Of a stretch of DNA of 64,000 nucleotides, positions 16,377 through 25,384 are shown one piece after another. The stretch is from NCBI GenBank assembly GCA_965227495.1, contig OZ245766.1, positions 5,580,536 to 5,644,535 on the forward strand, given 5' to 3'. The notes beneath the pieces are model-generated. The model searched no databases, had not been told where the DNA came from, and saw nothing but the letters and a program-made list of their open reading frames with translations. Positions within the stretch are counted from its first letter, which is position 1, and every line of letters begins with the position of its first letter. A program made the position numbers and the translations under genes. Source of the stretch: Chryseolinea sp. (lineage in GTDB: Bacteria; Bacteroidota; Bacteroidia; Cytophagales; Cyclobacteriaceae).

Positions 16377-17540
16377 CTAGATTTGAGCAGTCTTTGTGGT
16401 TATTTTTTGAGTTGATGCAAGATGCTTTGACTGAAATTCTCTTGGCGACTGACCAACCATCTGTTTAAAAGTTCTTTGAAAAGTGGATTGTGAATTAAAG
16501 CCGCATTCCAGTGCAATTCCGGTAATGGTTAAGTGATTGTATTCTGACTCCACTAATTTCTTTTTGACTTCGATCACACGATACTCATTCACAAAATCAT
16601 TAAAGCTTTTACTAAGATGCTGATTCAGCACAGTCGAAATAATTTTTTGCTGAATACCAGTATGATGAACTAATGCTGTCAGATTAAACGATGGATCTAG
16701 AAAAAGCTTCTCATCCTCCATCGCCTGACGCAAAATATTTTTGGTTTGATTTACTACATCGCCAGACAAAACCAATGGTTTGTTGACGGATGTCTCTTTC
16801 GGTTTTGTCTGACTAACCAGATATCCGTTAATACCCAACCAATACACCATCACTGCTAGCGGAATATAGATCGGATACCAACCGACTAAATTCAACAGTG
16901 AATTACTCACTCCAGGAATCACGTATGGAATAAGATGAAGCAACCAAATGAGTTGAAAGATTAGAAAGACTAACACAAATTGCTTCGGCCACACAAGTGA
17001 TCTCCGACCTTCATTATTATTCAAATCAATGCGACCAATCTCCCTTTTTGCTAACAGAACATATATTGAAATTGAAATCCATCGCGGAATATCTATGTAG
17101 GTATTGTATTCATCAGTAAAGTATCGCCATTTTGTTTGGTCCTCTTCAGATAAAAAACCCATCCATAGTCCAATTGCGAAAAGAATAAAAGCGATGTTTG
17201 GAATAACATCCAGAATCAAGGGATAGAAATGAATGCTATCAGTATCGTTTATTCTAAAAGTTGAGTTAAGATTTGCCTTCGTATAAAAAAAGATAAGAGG
17301 GCCGATGGGCATGGCTAATATTAGCGGAACATACACCTCGATCGCGGCCCAAAAACTATTCGAATATCTTGCTCCGATTTCCATGAGGTAAATGTTGAAG
17401 CAAGCCATGGAGATAATCAGGATAAGAATCGCCAGAATCCGGTTGGCGTGTGTTCTTTCTTTCTTAAAAAAAAGCAATGCGCTGATTATGAGTCCTTGCA
17501 GCGCACCTAATAAAATAATGATGTTGAAGAAGTGTCCCAT
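16377..17540 (-). CDS. AraC-family transcriptional regulator with N-terminal multi-pass membrane domain
   Basis: 387 aa. About 7 hydrophobic helices in the first ~240 aa. C-terminal AraC HTH (ITGIALECGFNSQSTFQRTFKQMVGQSPREF). Confidence 0.8.
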   Translation of the reverse strand: MGHFFNIIILLGALQGLIISALLFFKKERTHANRILAILILIISMACFNIYLMEIGARYSNSFWAAIEVYVPLILAMPIGPLIFFYTKANLNSTFRINDTDSIHFYPLILDVIPNIAFILFAIGLWMGFLSEEDQTKWRYFTDEYNTYIDIPRWISISIYVLLAKREIGRIDLNNNEGRRSLVWPKQFVLVFLIFQLIWLLHLIPYVIPGVSNSLLNLVGWYPIYIPLAVMVYWLGINGYLVSQTKPKETSVNKPLVLSGDVVNQTKNILRQAMEDEKLFLDPSFNLTALVHHTGIQQKIISTVLNQHLSKSFNDFVNEYRVIEVKKKLVESEYNHLTITGIALECGFNSQSTFQRTFKQMVGQSPREFQSKHLASTQKITTKTAQI

Positions 17541-17749
17541 TCTTTTATGAATGAATATAGCCAGGAAAAATGTGGGTCGCTAAAATTTCTTGTTGAATGT
17601 GCTTATTCAACGATCTGACCGGAAAGGAATGTATGCTGAAGAAAAAATAAACTTGTTTGTGGGATTTGAAATCTAAATCTAATCCAAGCTACAATAAAAT
17701 CATTTGCTCAAGGCTTTTGAATTTATAGTCATTCTAAAAAAATCTATAA

Positions 17750-20284
17750 TTAGAATTTTTCAGGAACAAACTTCCATAAATCTTTCAGGATCACTGCATA
17801 AGATCCAAGTCCAATATATCCGGTTTTGCCAATGGAAAAACCCGCTGCTGCGCCTCTTCTTTGTCCAGCATAAGGAATTGGAATTAAGGAATCATTTCCT
17901 GGAACGATCTTATACATTATATTTCCTTGATCATAATAAGTTCCTCCAAGCACAATAGTGTAATCATCAAATTTTAAGACTTGCCAAGGTGAGGCTTCGT
18001 TAAAATTGGGAACCTGGGAACTTGACCAACTGTCTGCAATTGGATCATAAGCTAGCCGCGTTTTTTGATTTGCAGTCGGGGTGTAATAGGCATAACCTTT
18101 TCCATCAACTTCGTAAAAAAGACTTCGACTGGATAATTCTCCTGGAATGTTCGCCTTTCGAGTCCAGGTATCAATCAAAGGATCATACTCCCAAAACTCA
18201 TTTGAAGAACCTTCATAGTAGCCTCCTCCAACATAGATTTTATTGTTAATTCCAATCATTAACTTATAACTTGATGCAAGACCTGGGAAAGCAGTCCTTT
18301 GTGTCCAGCTATTAAGTGAAGGATCGTATTCCCAAAGCTCTCCTCCTCCCAGTACCATAACATAAGCCTTTCCATTCGCTACCGAGGCATCTGGTAATTC
18401 TGCTTCATAGGCTCCAGGGAAATCAGCTTTTCTAGTCCAAGTTTCTGTTGAAGGTTCAAATTCCCAAAGATCTCTGGTTGGGCTATAACGTGGTCCAACT
18501 CCTAAACCAACATACCCTTTACCTGCAATAGTGAAACTTATCGGAAAATACCTCTCCGTGCTGGGAAAATCATTAAGCTTTGCCCAAGGGCCTTCATGAT
18601 CTACAACTAAGTTAGTTGACGATGTGACTTCTGTCCCCATTTGTGTTCTAACTGTAATTGGTGTACTGAACTTCATTTCGATGAATGGGTCAGTAATTAT
18701 AACACTTGCTGGAACTGTAATGTGGCTACCATCCAGAGAAACCGCTTCATACTGTTGAATGGATGAATTATTAAAAGAAATTAAATTGTTGCTTACCGTG
18801 CTAAAATTTTGACCTTCAATGGTAATCAATTGCTCAGCCGTTGTTATGATTTTCGGATTGAAATCCAAAATTACCGGAGGGTCATATTCAAATCCTTTTT
18901 CAAGTGTTGCAAAACGACCACACGCATAAACCGATACATCAATTTCGTTAGTCCACATGTATATTTCCTTAACAGTTCCTCTGATTTCATTTTCAGTGTA
19001 ACTTGTTATGTTTAGAAAATAGGTATAATCTTCCTGAAGAAATCGAAAACCTTCGCCATGTATAACAACTTCCTGACCTACCGCGCCATGATTCGGTTCA
19101 ACTGAAAAAATCGTTAATGGTTTAGGGGGAATGGGTGGTGTTATTAAGAAATAATCATAATACGTTGCGCCAAATCCAATGTTGATATCCCAAGGATAAC
19201 TGCAGCCATCACTAAGCTTTATCTTTACTTCATTCTCTGTTGTCGAAACAACATCAACATTATACCCATATGCTGAAACAACCACAGGAAAACAAGTTGG
19301 AAAATTTTTGACAGCGATTGTCATAACTCCTCCTGGCTCATGAGTCAAGGGAGAAACGGAAATAAATTCAGGTCTCAGTTCTGTAAAATCCTTTTCACTC
19401 TTTACATCAAATCTTCCAGTCTTAATTGTAAAACCAAAATCATTGGGCGGTAAAAGTTTAACTGAAAACATGACAGAATCATCTGTTGCCTTAATAAGAG
19501 TTGCTTCTTCATTATTTTGAAGAAATACTTTCAAAAGATTTGAACTGGATGTAAAGTTTTTACCAACAACCAGAACCGTATCACACGCCTTTATATTTAT
19601 GGGAGCAACCGAAGTGATCACGGGAATGATTTTTGAAAGTATTAACGTAAAGGGTTCAGGAGAATTTGCAACATTCCCTTCTATACTCACCGATACATTA
19701 ACATGCTCTGAATCGAGAGATAAATCTCCTGGAACAATTACTGAAATAGTACTATCGGTTAGTGACAGAATAGAAACTTCCTGAGAACCAAACTTCACCA
19801 CATTCTTTTCTTCCTGTGCAACAAAATTTCTTCCGCGTATGATTACGGTATCACCCAAAACACCTGAAGGCGGGCTAAGAGCCGTTATAATTGGCCCTTC
19901 ACTTCCCAGACTCTTAAACGTGACAAGATTTCCATAAATGGTCTTGTCGTCAGTCTTAATATAAAAGCGTGCATAATATATTTTTTGCGCAACTAACGAT
20001 GACTTGATTTTAGTCGTAATAATATTGGTCAGGGGCTTACCGAATTTAAGTGAGAAAGAATTTTCAGGCAAGAGTTTATCATCCTGCCCCCATACAAAAC
20101 CATACTCAGAAATTTCGTTTAATGATGAGGATTCAATTTTGCCTGAGAACGTAGCTCCAGAAGGTAAAATCTCTGTAACCGGATTTGTTACTATTGTCGG
20201 ATAGCTGCGATCAATTTCTTCTTCATCAATACATGAAATCAGTATTGCAATCAGAAAAAAAATATTAAACCATTTTTGCTTCAT
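17750..20284 (-). CDS. Lipoprotein with multiple IPT/TIG Ig-like domains and a C-terminal Kelch-type beta-propeller
   Basis: 844 aa. Lipobox-like LIAILISC. Repeated IPT-like starts (ITALSPPSGVLGDTVIIRGRNF, ITSVAPINIKACDTVLVVGKNF, IFSVEPNHGAVGQEVVIHGEGF, ILDFNPKIITTAEQLITIEGQNF). Kelch-like repeats (LWEFEPSTETWTRKADFPG, LWEYDPSLNSWTQRTAFPG, FWEYDPLIDTWTRKANIPG). Confidence 0.75.
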   Translation of the reverse strand: MKQKWFNIFFLIAILISCIDEEEIDRSYPTIVTNPVTEILPSGATFSGKIESSSLNEISEYGFVWGQDDKLLPENSFSLKFGKPLTNIITTKIKSSLVAQKIYYARFYIKTDDKTIYGNLVTFKSLGSEGPIITALSPPSGVLGDTVIIRGRNFVAQEEKNVVKFGSQEVSILSLTDSTISVIVPGDLSLDSEHVNVSVSIEGNVANSPEPFTLILSKIIPVITSVAPINIKACDTVLVVGKNFTSSSNLLKVFLQNNEEATLIKATDDSVMFSVKLLPPNDFGFTIKTGRFDVKSEKDFTELRPEFISVSPLTHEPGGVMTIAVKNFPTCFPVVVSAYGYNVDVVSTTENEVKIKLSDGCSYPWDINIGFGATYYDYFLITPPIPPKPLTIFSVEPNHGAVGQEVVIHGEGFRFLQEDYTYFLNITSYTENEIRGTVKEIYMWTNEIDVSVYACGRFATLEKGFEYDPPVILDFNPKIITTAEQLITIEGQNFSTVSNNLISFNNSSIQQYEAVSLDGSHITVPASVIITDPFIEMKFSTPITVRTQMGTEVTSSTNLVVDHEGPWAKLNDFPSTERYFPISFTIAGKGYVGLGVGPRYSPTRDLWEFEPSTETWTRKADFPGAYEAELPDASVANGKAYVMVLGGGELWEYDPSLNSWTQRTAFPGLASSYKLMIGINNKIYVGGGYYEGSSNEFWEYDPLIDTWTRKANIPGELSSRSLFYEVDGKGYAYYTPTANQKTRLAYDPIADSWSSSQVPNFNEASPWQVLKFDDYTIVLGGTYYDQGNIMYKIVPGNDSLIPIPYAGQRRGAAAGFSIGKTGYIGLGSYAVILKDLWKFVPEKF

Positions 20285-20291
20285 CTACTTT

Positions 20292-21458
20292 CTAAAATCG
20301 TAAACCTACTACTATATTAAATCGCTTGCTCTTGCTCTCAATCGATTGAGTGTCTGAAAGGTTGGTGATAATCTTACCGCTGCCCGTATTAAAATGGAGC
20401 TCGGCAAATGATCTTATTTTCTTAGACACATTAAAATTAAGTCCACCCGCTAAATCAATCTGGATGGATTCTTTAAACGATTTCATAACATCGTACTGAT
20501 CAAGATAAACCACATTATTTGTTTCCTCAGAATGGTCTAATGTGAGGGATGAGTTTGTAACAAAAGGAATAGAAATACCTCCTCTTACATATGGGCGAAG
20601 TTTCTTTTTCTCATTAACTGAACCGTATTGCAAATTTATTGGAACAACGAATTCATTGAAATTGAAATTCACCTTATCAATTATGGATGCGTTCGCCTGT
20701 GACGTTGAAAGAAGATAAAACTGCTGCTGATAATAATACAGTCCAGTACACAAAGACAAAGACTTTATCCGGGATGATGATATTTGCACCCTGAGTCCAG
20801 TGCTAAGAAGAGTCTTATCTTTCAGATTCTGAACATTTGCAAAATAGAATAACGGAACATGGCTGGTTAATTGGGTAGAGTTGTATTCAACTCCGGCAAC
20901 AGCTTCGAAATTGACATTAATTCTTTTGGGCAACTCAAAATTGGTTTTAGAACACTGGTCATATCGCTTTAGTAATGAAGTGATACTTTTTGTAGTAAAC
21001 CCAGAACGTCTTATCGCTGAAGCAGTATTTTTACAAGACTTCATTAAATCCGACAAGCTATTCTTAAACGCATCGTTCGCTTCCAATAATTCAACGAATG
21101 AATTTTCCTCTGCAAACATTCTGTCGCGATAGGAATATAATTTAACGAGTCCCTCAAACTCAATCTTCAAAAATATTTTTTGTAATTCCGAATCAATCTC
21201 AATTTGCCTTGTAACGAATTTACTTTCATTAATTACACCATATCCTTCAATCTCATTCGATGTGTACTTCTTAAATTCTGATTTGGAAGATTCCTTAAAT
21301 AAGCATTCAGAATACTGACTGTCAATATTCCCGATTTGAATGCTGCCATACTTAAACTGTCCGTTATTTACTATAATAAAACCATCCTTAGTCGTCTGAC
21401 CAAATAGGCACAACGGTAAGAGGAAAAATAAGGATATCGACAGACCAACCGCTCTCAT
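20292..21458 (-). CDS. Hypothetical outer-membrane protein (signal peptide, C-terminal beta-barrel-like half)
   Basis: 388 aa. N-terminal signal. Alternating-polarity strands in the C-terminal ~200 aa, ending VVGLRF. Its stop is 7 nt upstream of the IPT/Kelch gene start. Confidence 0.5.
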   Translation of the reverse strand: MRAVGLSISLFFLLPLCLFGQTTKDGFIIVNNGQFKYGSIQIGNIDSQYSECLFKESSKSEFKKYTSNEIEGYGVINESKFVTRQIEIDSELQKIFLKIEFEGLVKLYSYRDRMFAEENSFVELLEANDAFKNSLSDLMKSCKNTASAIRRSGFTTKSITSLLKRYDQCSKTNFELPKRINVNFEAVAGVEYNSTQLTSHVPLFYFANVQNLKDKTLLSTGLRVQISSSRIKSLSLCTGLYYYQQQFYLLSTSQANASIIDKVNFNFNEFVVPINLQYGSVNEKKKLRPYVRGGISIPFVTNSSLTLDHSEETNNVVYLDQYDVMKSFKESIQIDLAGGLNFNVSKKIRSFAELHFNTGSGKIITNLSDTQSIESKSKRFNIVVGLRF

Positions 21459-21483
21459 AAATAATAGCCAATGATTTTGGCCG

Positions 21484-21518
21484 AAAGATAAAAAAGCTCA
21501 CTGGTTTAGTGAGCTTTT
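21484..21518 (-). terminator. Intrinsic terminator downstream of ppc (potentially bidirectional)
   Basis: Stem 21492-21501 / 21509-21518 (aaaagctcac/gtgagctttt) with a 7-nt loop. On the minus strand it is followed by UUUUUUAUCUUU. It lies 74 nt after the ppc stop. Confidence 0.7.
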
Positions 21519-21591
21519 CTTTTCAATTTCTTTAAACTTATCTTTCTTAACCACCCAGCCCCTAAAGCAAATTGGAAGTTCCTAACACTAC

Positions 21592-24162
21592 CTAGGCCGA
21601 ATTTCGGGCGGCATTGATGATACCAAACATACAGCGAAGCACCAGTTTGCGATAGTGCTTTTCAAATGCTTTATCGTTGGCACTCATGTTGCGCAGTTGT
21701 TGCAATGCATATTGCTGCGTTGTAATAAGAGGAAGCACAATGCGTTCGCGGAGTTTTACAGAATCGCGGTTAACCGGATTGTTCTCCATTAATTCATGCA
21801 ATCCAGAAACTTCTAAAATCATGGACACTGATAATTTGTACTCAGCATGCATCTTCTTCCAGAATGTTCCAAACTCTTTATCTTTCGCCAAGTAAGCTGT
21901 TGCAGGATAATAGGATTTAGTGAGCGACATCATACTGTTGCTCAACAATGTGCGGAAAAACAACGATTGATTGAACAGCTCTTTTAATTCTCCCATCTTA
22001 CCTTTTTTCTTCAATGCTTGCAACGCACTACCCACTCCATAGAAACCCGGAATGTTCTGTTTCATTTGGGCCCACGATCCTACAAACGGAATAGCACGCA
22101 AATCTTCAAACTTCAATCCTCCGCCACCACTGCGTTTTACCGGACGTGAACCAATATTGGTATCACCAAAATAAGCAAGGGGTGTAATCTTCTCTAAGTA
22201 GGGAACAAACTTCGGATCTTGCTTCAGGTTTAAGTAGGAGCGATGTCCTTCTTGTGCCAATGATTCAAGTAATGTTTTTTCCTTCTTGCTCATCTGCGGG
22301 TTCGTGCTACTAAACACTTCATTCTCCACACCAGCCGATAGCAATTGCTCTAAATTATAAATACACGATGCTGGCTTTCCAAAATTTGAACTAATGGTCT
22401 GACCTTGAATCGTAATCTGAACTTCTTTATCTTCAATCGTATCGCCCAAGGATGCATAGAAGTCATGCGTGTTTCCACCTCCGCGTGCCGGTGGGCCACC
22501 GCGTCCATCAAAGAAGACGGCAACGACATCGCTTTCGCGGGATATTTGAGTGAGCGTTTCTTTTGCGCAGAAGATTGACCAGTTCGCACGAAGGTATCCT
22601 CCGTCTTTTGTTCCATCGGAGAACCCCAACATAATAGGTTGCCTGCCTCCGCGTGTTTTTAAATGCCTTGTATATTCTGGTATGCTGTAAAGCTCGCGCA
22701 TAATATCAGCGGAGTTGGCAAGATCATCGATCGTTTCAAACAGTGGAACGATATCGAGAGGAAGTGTTTCTCCTTTACCTAATATTAGTTTTGCAAGTTG
22801 ATAAACGCGCACAATGTCCAATGCCGATTGGCAGTTACTGATAATGTAACGTTGACATCCTTGCACTCCATTTTGTTCCTGAATCTGACCGATGGCATCC
22901 ATGCTTCCGATCAACTCGGAAATAAAAGGATCCTCAAACTTAAACGATGATGGTTTGAATTTCAATGACAGCAGTGTGTCAATTTTCTCCCGATTCGAAA
23001 GCTGATCAAAGTCTTTAAGTTTTTTATTCTTTGCCTGAAGCTGCGTTAAAATATTCTCCCACACATAAGCATGCTTGCGACTATCCTGACGGATGTCCAT
23101 ACTGGCAAAATAGAATCCGAAGATTTTTACTTTCAGAATAAAGGCATCGAGCAAATCGAGAAATAATCCTTTATGATCGCGGATCAATACCTCGCGCACT
23201 TCATTCAAATCCTTAAGCAACTCCTCTGGACCTTCGTATATTTCTCCGAACCCGCCACCAAAAGCAATTGGATAGACTTTATGTTCAACACGTGCCATAA
23301 TGTCTTCGACACCTTTAAACGTGAGGCGTCTCTTTAAAAAGCGAATGTCTTTGTAGTAGCACTTCAACAATGTTTGTTGCAAACGCTGTGCAACCTGTAA
23401 TGTGATTTCATGAGTGACAAAAGGATTACCATCACGATCTCCCCCTGGCCAAAAGCCGATCTTGATCAAATCAAAATTGGTCCATTCTTCTGGTGTCATT
23501 TCAAGGCCGTTGATCAACTTACCGATGATGTCCGGAATTACCTGGTAAAATACATTTTCCAGAAACCAGCACAAACTAATGGCTTCGTCAAAAGGTGTTG
23601 GCTTCTCTTTATTGATAAAGGCAGTCTTGCCTAATTGACGCAATAATAAATTGATATGCTCTAGTCGGCTATCGCGAATGGCATCTTCCAAATCATTGAT
23701 AATGGCCAAAACAGTGCCTGGATAAAATTGTGTCGGGTGAGCAGTGAGTACAACGCGAACACTGAAGTCTTGCAGCTTTTTCTTTAGAGCCTCTCTCTTA
23801 TCTTCCGAAGATGTGCGCAGCAAAAGCGCGGACACCGTTCCTTTGCCGTTCAAATCATTTATTTCTTCGAAAGCCGCATCTTCAATCGAATCAAACAATA
23901 CTACTTGTCGCTCGGCATATTGAATAAAGCTGAAGAGCAAATCGAATTGCTCTTGTTGCGTTGCCTTGGGTGCATAATCGCGAAAGAAATTCCGGATAAT
24001 CGTTTTGGGATCTTTACCGCTTCCAAAACCATCTTCACAATGCTGCTGAAGTAATGGCAACAATGTTCCGGTTCTGTAGATGCCTGTATAGGGCAAGTTC
24101 AGGAACAAACTGTTGTAAATGTGGTATCGGGTAGACACCGACTTTTGAAAGGTATTGATCAT
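21592..24162 (-). CDS. ppc: Phosphoenolpyruvate carboxylase
   Basis: 856 aa. Hallmark motifs VLTAHPTQF, GFSDGTKDGGYL and FDGRGGPPARGGG. Confidence 0.95.
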   Translation of the reverse strand: MINTFQKSVSTRYHIYNSLFLNLPYTGIYRTGTLLPLLQQHCEDGFGSGKDPKTIIRNFFRDYAPKATQQEQFDLLFSFIQYAERQVVLFDSIEDAAFEEINDLNGKGTVSALLLRTSSEDKREALKKKLQDFSVRVVLTAHPTQFYPGTVLAIINDLEDAIRDSRLEHINLLLRQLGKTAFINKEKPTPFDEAISLCWFLENVFYQVIPDIIGKLINGLEMTPEEWTNFDLIKIGFWPGGDRDGNPFVTHEITLQVAQRLQQTLLKCYYKDIRFLKRRLTFKGVEDIMARVEHKVYPIAFGGGFGEIYEGPEELLKDLNEVREVLIRDHKGLFLDLLDAFILKVKIFGFYFASMDIRQDSRKHAYVWENILTQLQAKNKKLKDFDQLSNREKIDTLLSLKFKPSSFKFEDPFISELIGSMDAIGQIQEQNGVQGCQRYIISNCQSALDIVRVYQLAKLILGKGETLPLDIVPLFETIDDLANSADIMRELYSIPEYTRHLKTRGGRQPIMLGFSDGTKDGGYLRANWSIFCAKETLTQISRESDVVAVFFDGRGGPPARGGGNTHDFYASLGDTIEDKEVQITIQGQTISSNFGKPASCIYNLEQLLSAGVENEVFSSTNPQMSKKEKTLLESLAQEGHRSYLNLKQDPKFVPYLEKITPLAYFGDTNIGSRPVKRSGGGGLKFEDLRAIPFVGSWAQMKQNIPGFYGVGSALQALKKKGKMGELKELFNQSLFFRTLLSNSMMSLTKSYYPATAYLAKDKEFGTFWKKMHAEYKLSVSMILEVSGLHELMENNPVNRDSVKLRERIVLPLITTQQYALQQLRNMSANDKAFEKHYRKLVLRCMFGIINAARNSA

Positions 24163-24181
24163 AGTGCTGGTTGCGTTATAG

Positions 24182-24189
24182 CAAATTTA
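24182..24189 (-). promoter_or_regulatory. Candidate -7 promoter box TAaaTTTG for ppc
   Basis: The plus strand reads caaattta, which is TAAATTTG on the minus strand. It lies 19 nt upstream of the ppc ATG (24162). Confidence 0.4.
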
Positions 24190-24240
24190 TCAATTCAGGT
24201 GAAGGAGGTTGTCCATGCTCGTATCTATTGAAGTATTTTT

Positions 24241-24260
24241 TTTCGAAATCGATTTCGAAA
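24241..24260. repeat. Perfect 20-bp palindrome tttcgaaatcgatttcgaaa
   Basis: Self-complementary by inspection. A T-run precedes it on the plus strand. It sits between the UbiA stop (24285) and the ppc start (24162). Confidence 0.8.
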
Positions 24261-24284
24261 CTTTCATATCAAAAAAGGACATAG

Positions 24285-25142
24285 CTATAGAAAGGCCATA
24301 CTGAGAATGCCAAGCAACATAATTACCTTACTGAAGGTACTCAGCCACGCAAAGTCCTTCATTCGATCGGCACGAATCAGGCGCAGGAGTAAAATTAGCA
24401 ACGGGATAAACAGGCAAAGAAGGAAGTAGTAAATAGACAAGCCCACGTAAAAGTAGTTAAGCACCAGAACGGTAATAGAGAAAACTGCCAGAATAATATA
24501 GATCACCAGCTTCGTTTTGCGAATACCCCAGATGATGGGAAGCGTCTTACAACCAAAGGTATTGTCGCCCTTCAAGTCTTCCATGTCTTTTATGATCTCA
24601 CGAATCAATGTCATGAAAAATGCAAAACTGGAATAGATTAAGATCAACGAGTTTCCGGTTCGGTAGTAAACCTCCACCATGTATATAGAAAGCCCTGTAA
24701 GAAAAGCAACCGCTACATTACCAATGATGGGTAGTCGTTTCAAATTATTGGAGTATAGCCAAAGCAAAAACACAGAAAGTATGTTGAGAGCACCGACTCT
24801 CAAAGACAGATATGCCCCTATTAAAATACCTAAAAACGACAATGCCACATGAAACAAAATGGCATATCGCCTCGCAATGCTTCGGCCAATAACAACACGT
24901 TCTGGTTTATTGATGAAGTCGATCTTTACATCATAGTAATCATTAATGATATAGCCCGCGGCAGCAATTAAAATAGTAGAACAGGATAACAGGAATAACT
25001 CAAAGTCAAATACAATACTTTTGTCAATCAGAAATGCTGCCGTAAAGTATTGCGCCAAACCAATAATGGTGAGATTGCCAAAGCGTGTGAGTTTCAGCAC
25101 TGCTTCGATAAAATTTCTCTTTTTTGTTTTGGCTCTCGTCAT
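24285..25142 (-). CDS. UbiA-family prenyltransferase
   Basis: Multi-pass membrane protein with the Asp-rich motif NDYYDVKID. I prefer ATG at 25142 (MTRAKTKK...) over the track's TTG at 25157. Confidence 0.8.
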   Translation of the reverse strand: MTRAKTKKRNFIEAVLKLTRFGNLTIIGLAQYFTAAFLIDKSIVFDFELFLLSCSTILIAAAGYIINDYYDVKIDFINKPERVVIGRSIARRYAILFHVALSFLGILIGAYLSLRVGALNILSVFLLWLYSNNLKRLPIIGNVAVAFLTGLSIYMVEVYYRTGNSLILIYSSFAFFMTLIREIIKDMEDLKGDNTFGCKTLPIIWGIRKTKLVIYIILAVFSITVLVLNYFYVGLSIYYFLLCLFIPLLILLLRLIRADRMKDFAWLSTFSKVIMLLGILSMAFL

Positions 25143-25245
25143 GACGGTTATTGACAAAAGTAACGAGCATATAGTTAGAAATGATACATGGGAAGAGGTT
25201 TAGTTCAATTCTCACAATCAGAGTTGATAGCCCAACGAGAAATTA

Positions 25246-25361
25246 TTCACACAAAGGCGCAAAGGAAATGCCGCCAAGGACGCAAAGAGTTACTGCGATA
25301 ATCTCTCTTTGCGTTTTTCTTTGCGCTCTTTGTTCTTCTAACCTTTGCGACTTTGCGTGAA
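25246..25361. repeat. REP/MITE-like imperfect palindromic element built from CGCAAAG units (copy A)
   Basis: The termini ttcacacaaaggcgcaaagg ... cctttgcgactttgcgtgaa are inverted repeats. Internally there are 4-5 (G/A)CGCAAAG(G/A) units, then their complements, around a central hairpin cgcaaagag / ctctttgcg. Intergenic, 23 nt after the TonB-receptor stop. Confidence 0.75.
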
Positions 25362-25384
25362 CTGTATTTCTTATAATACGAAAA

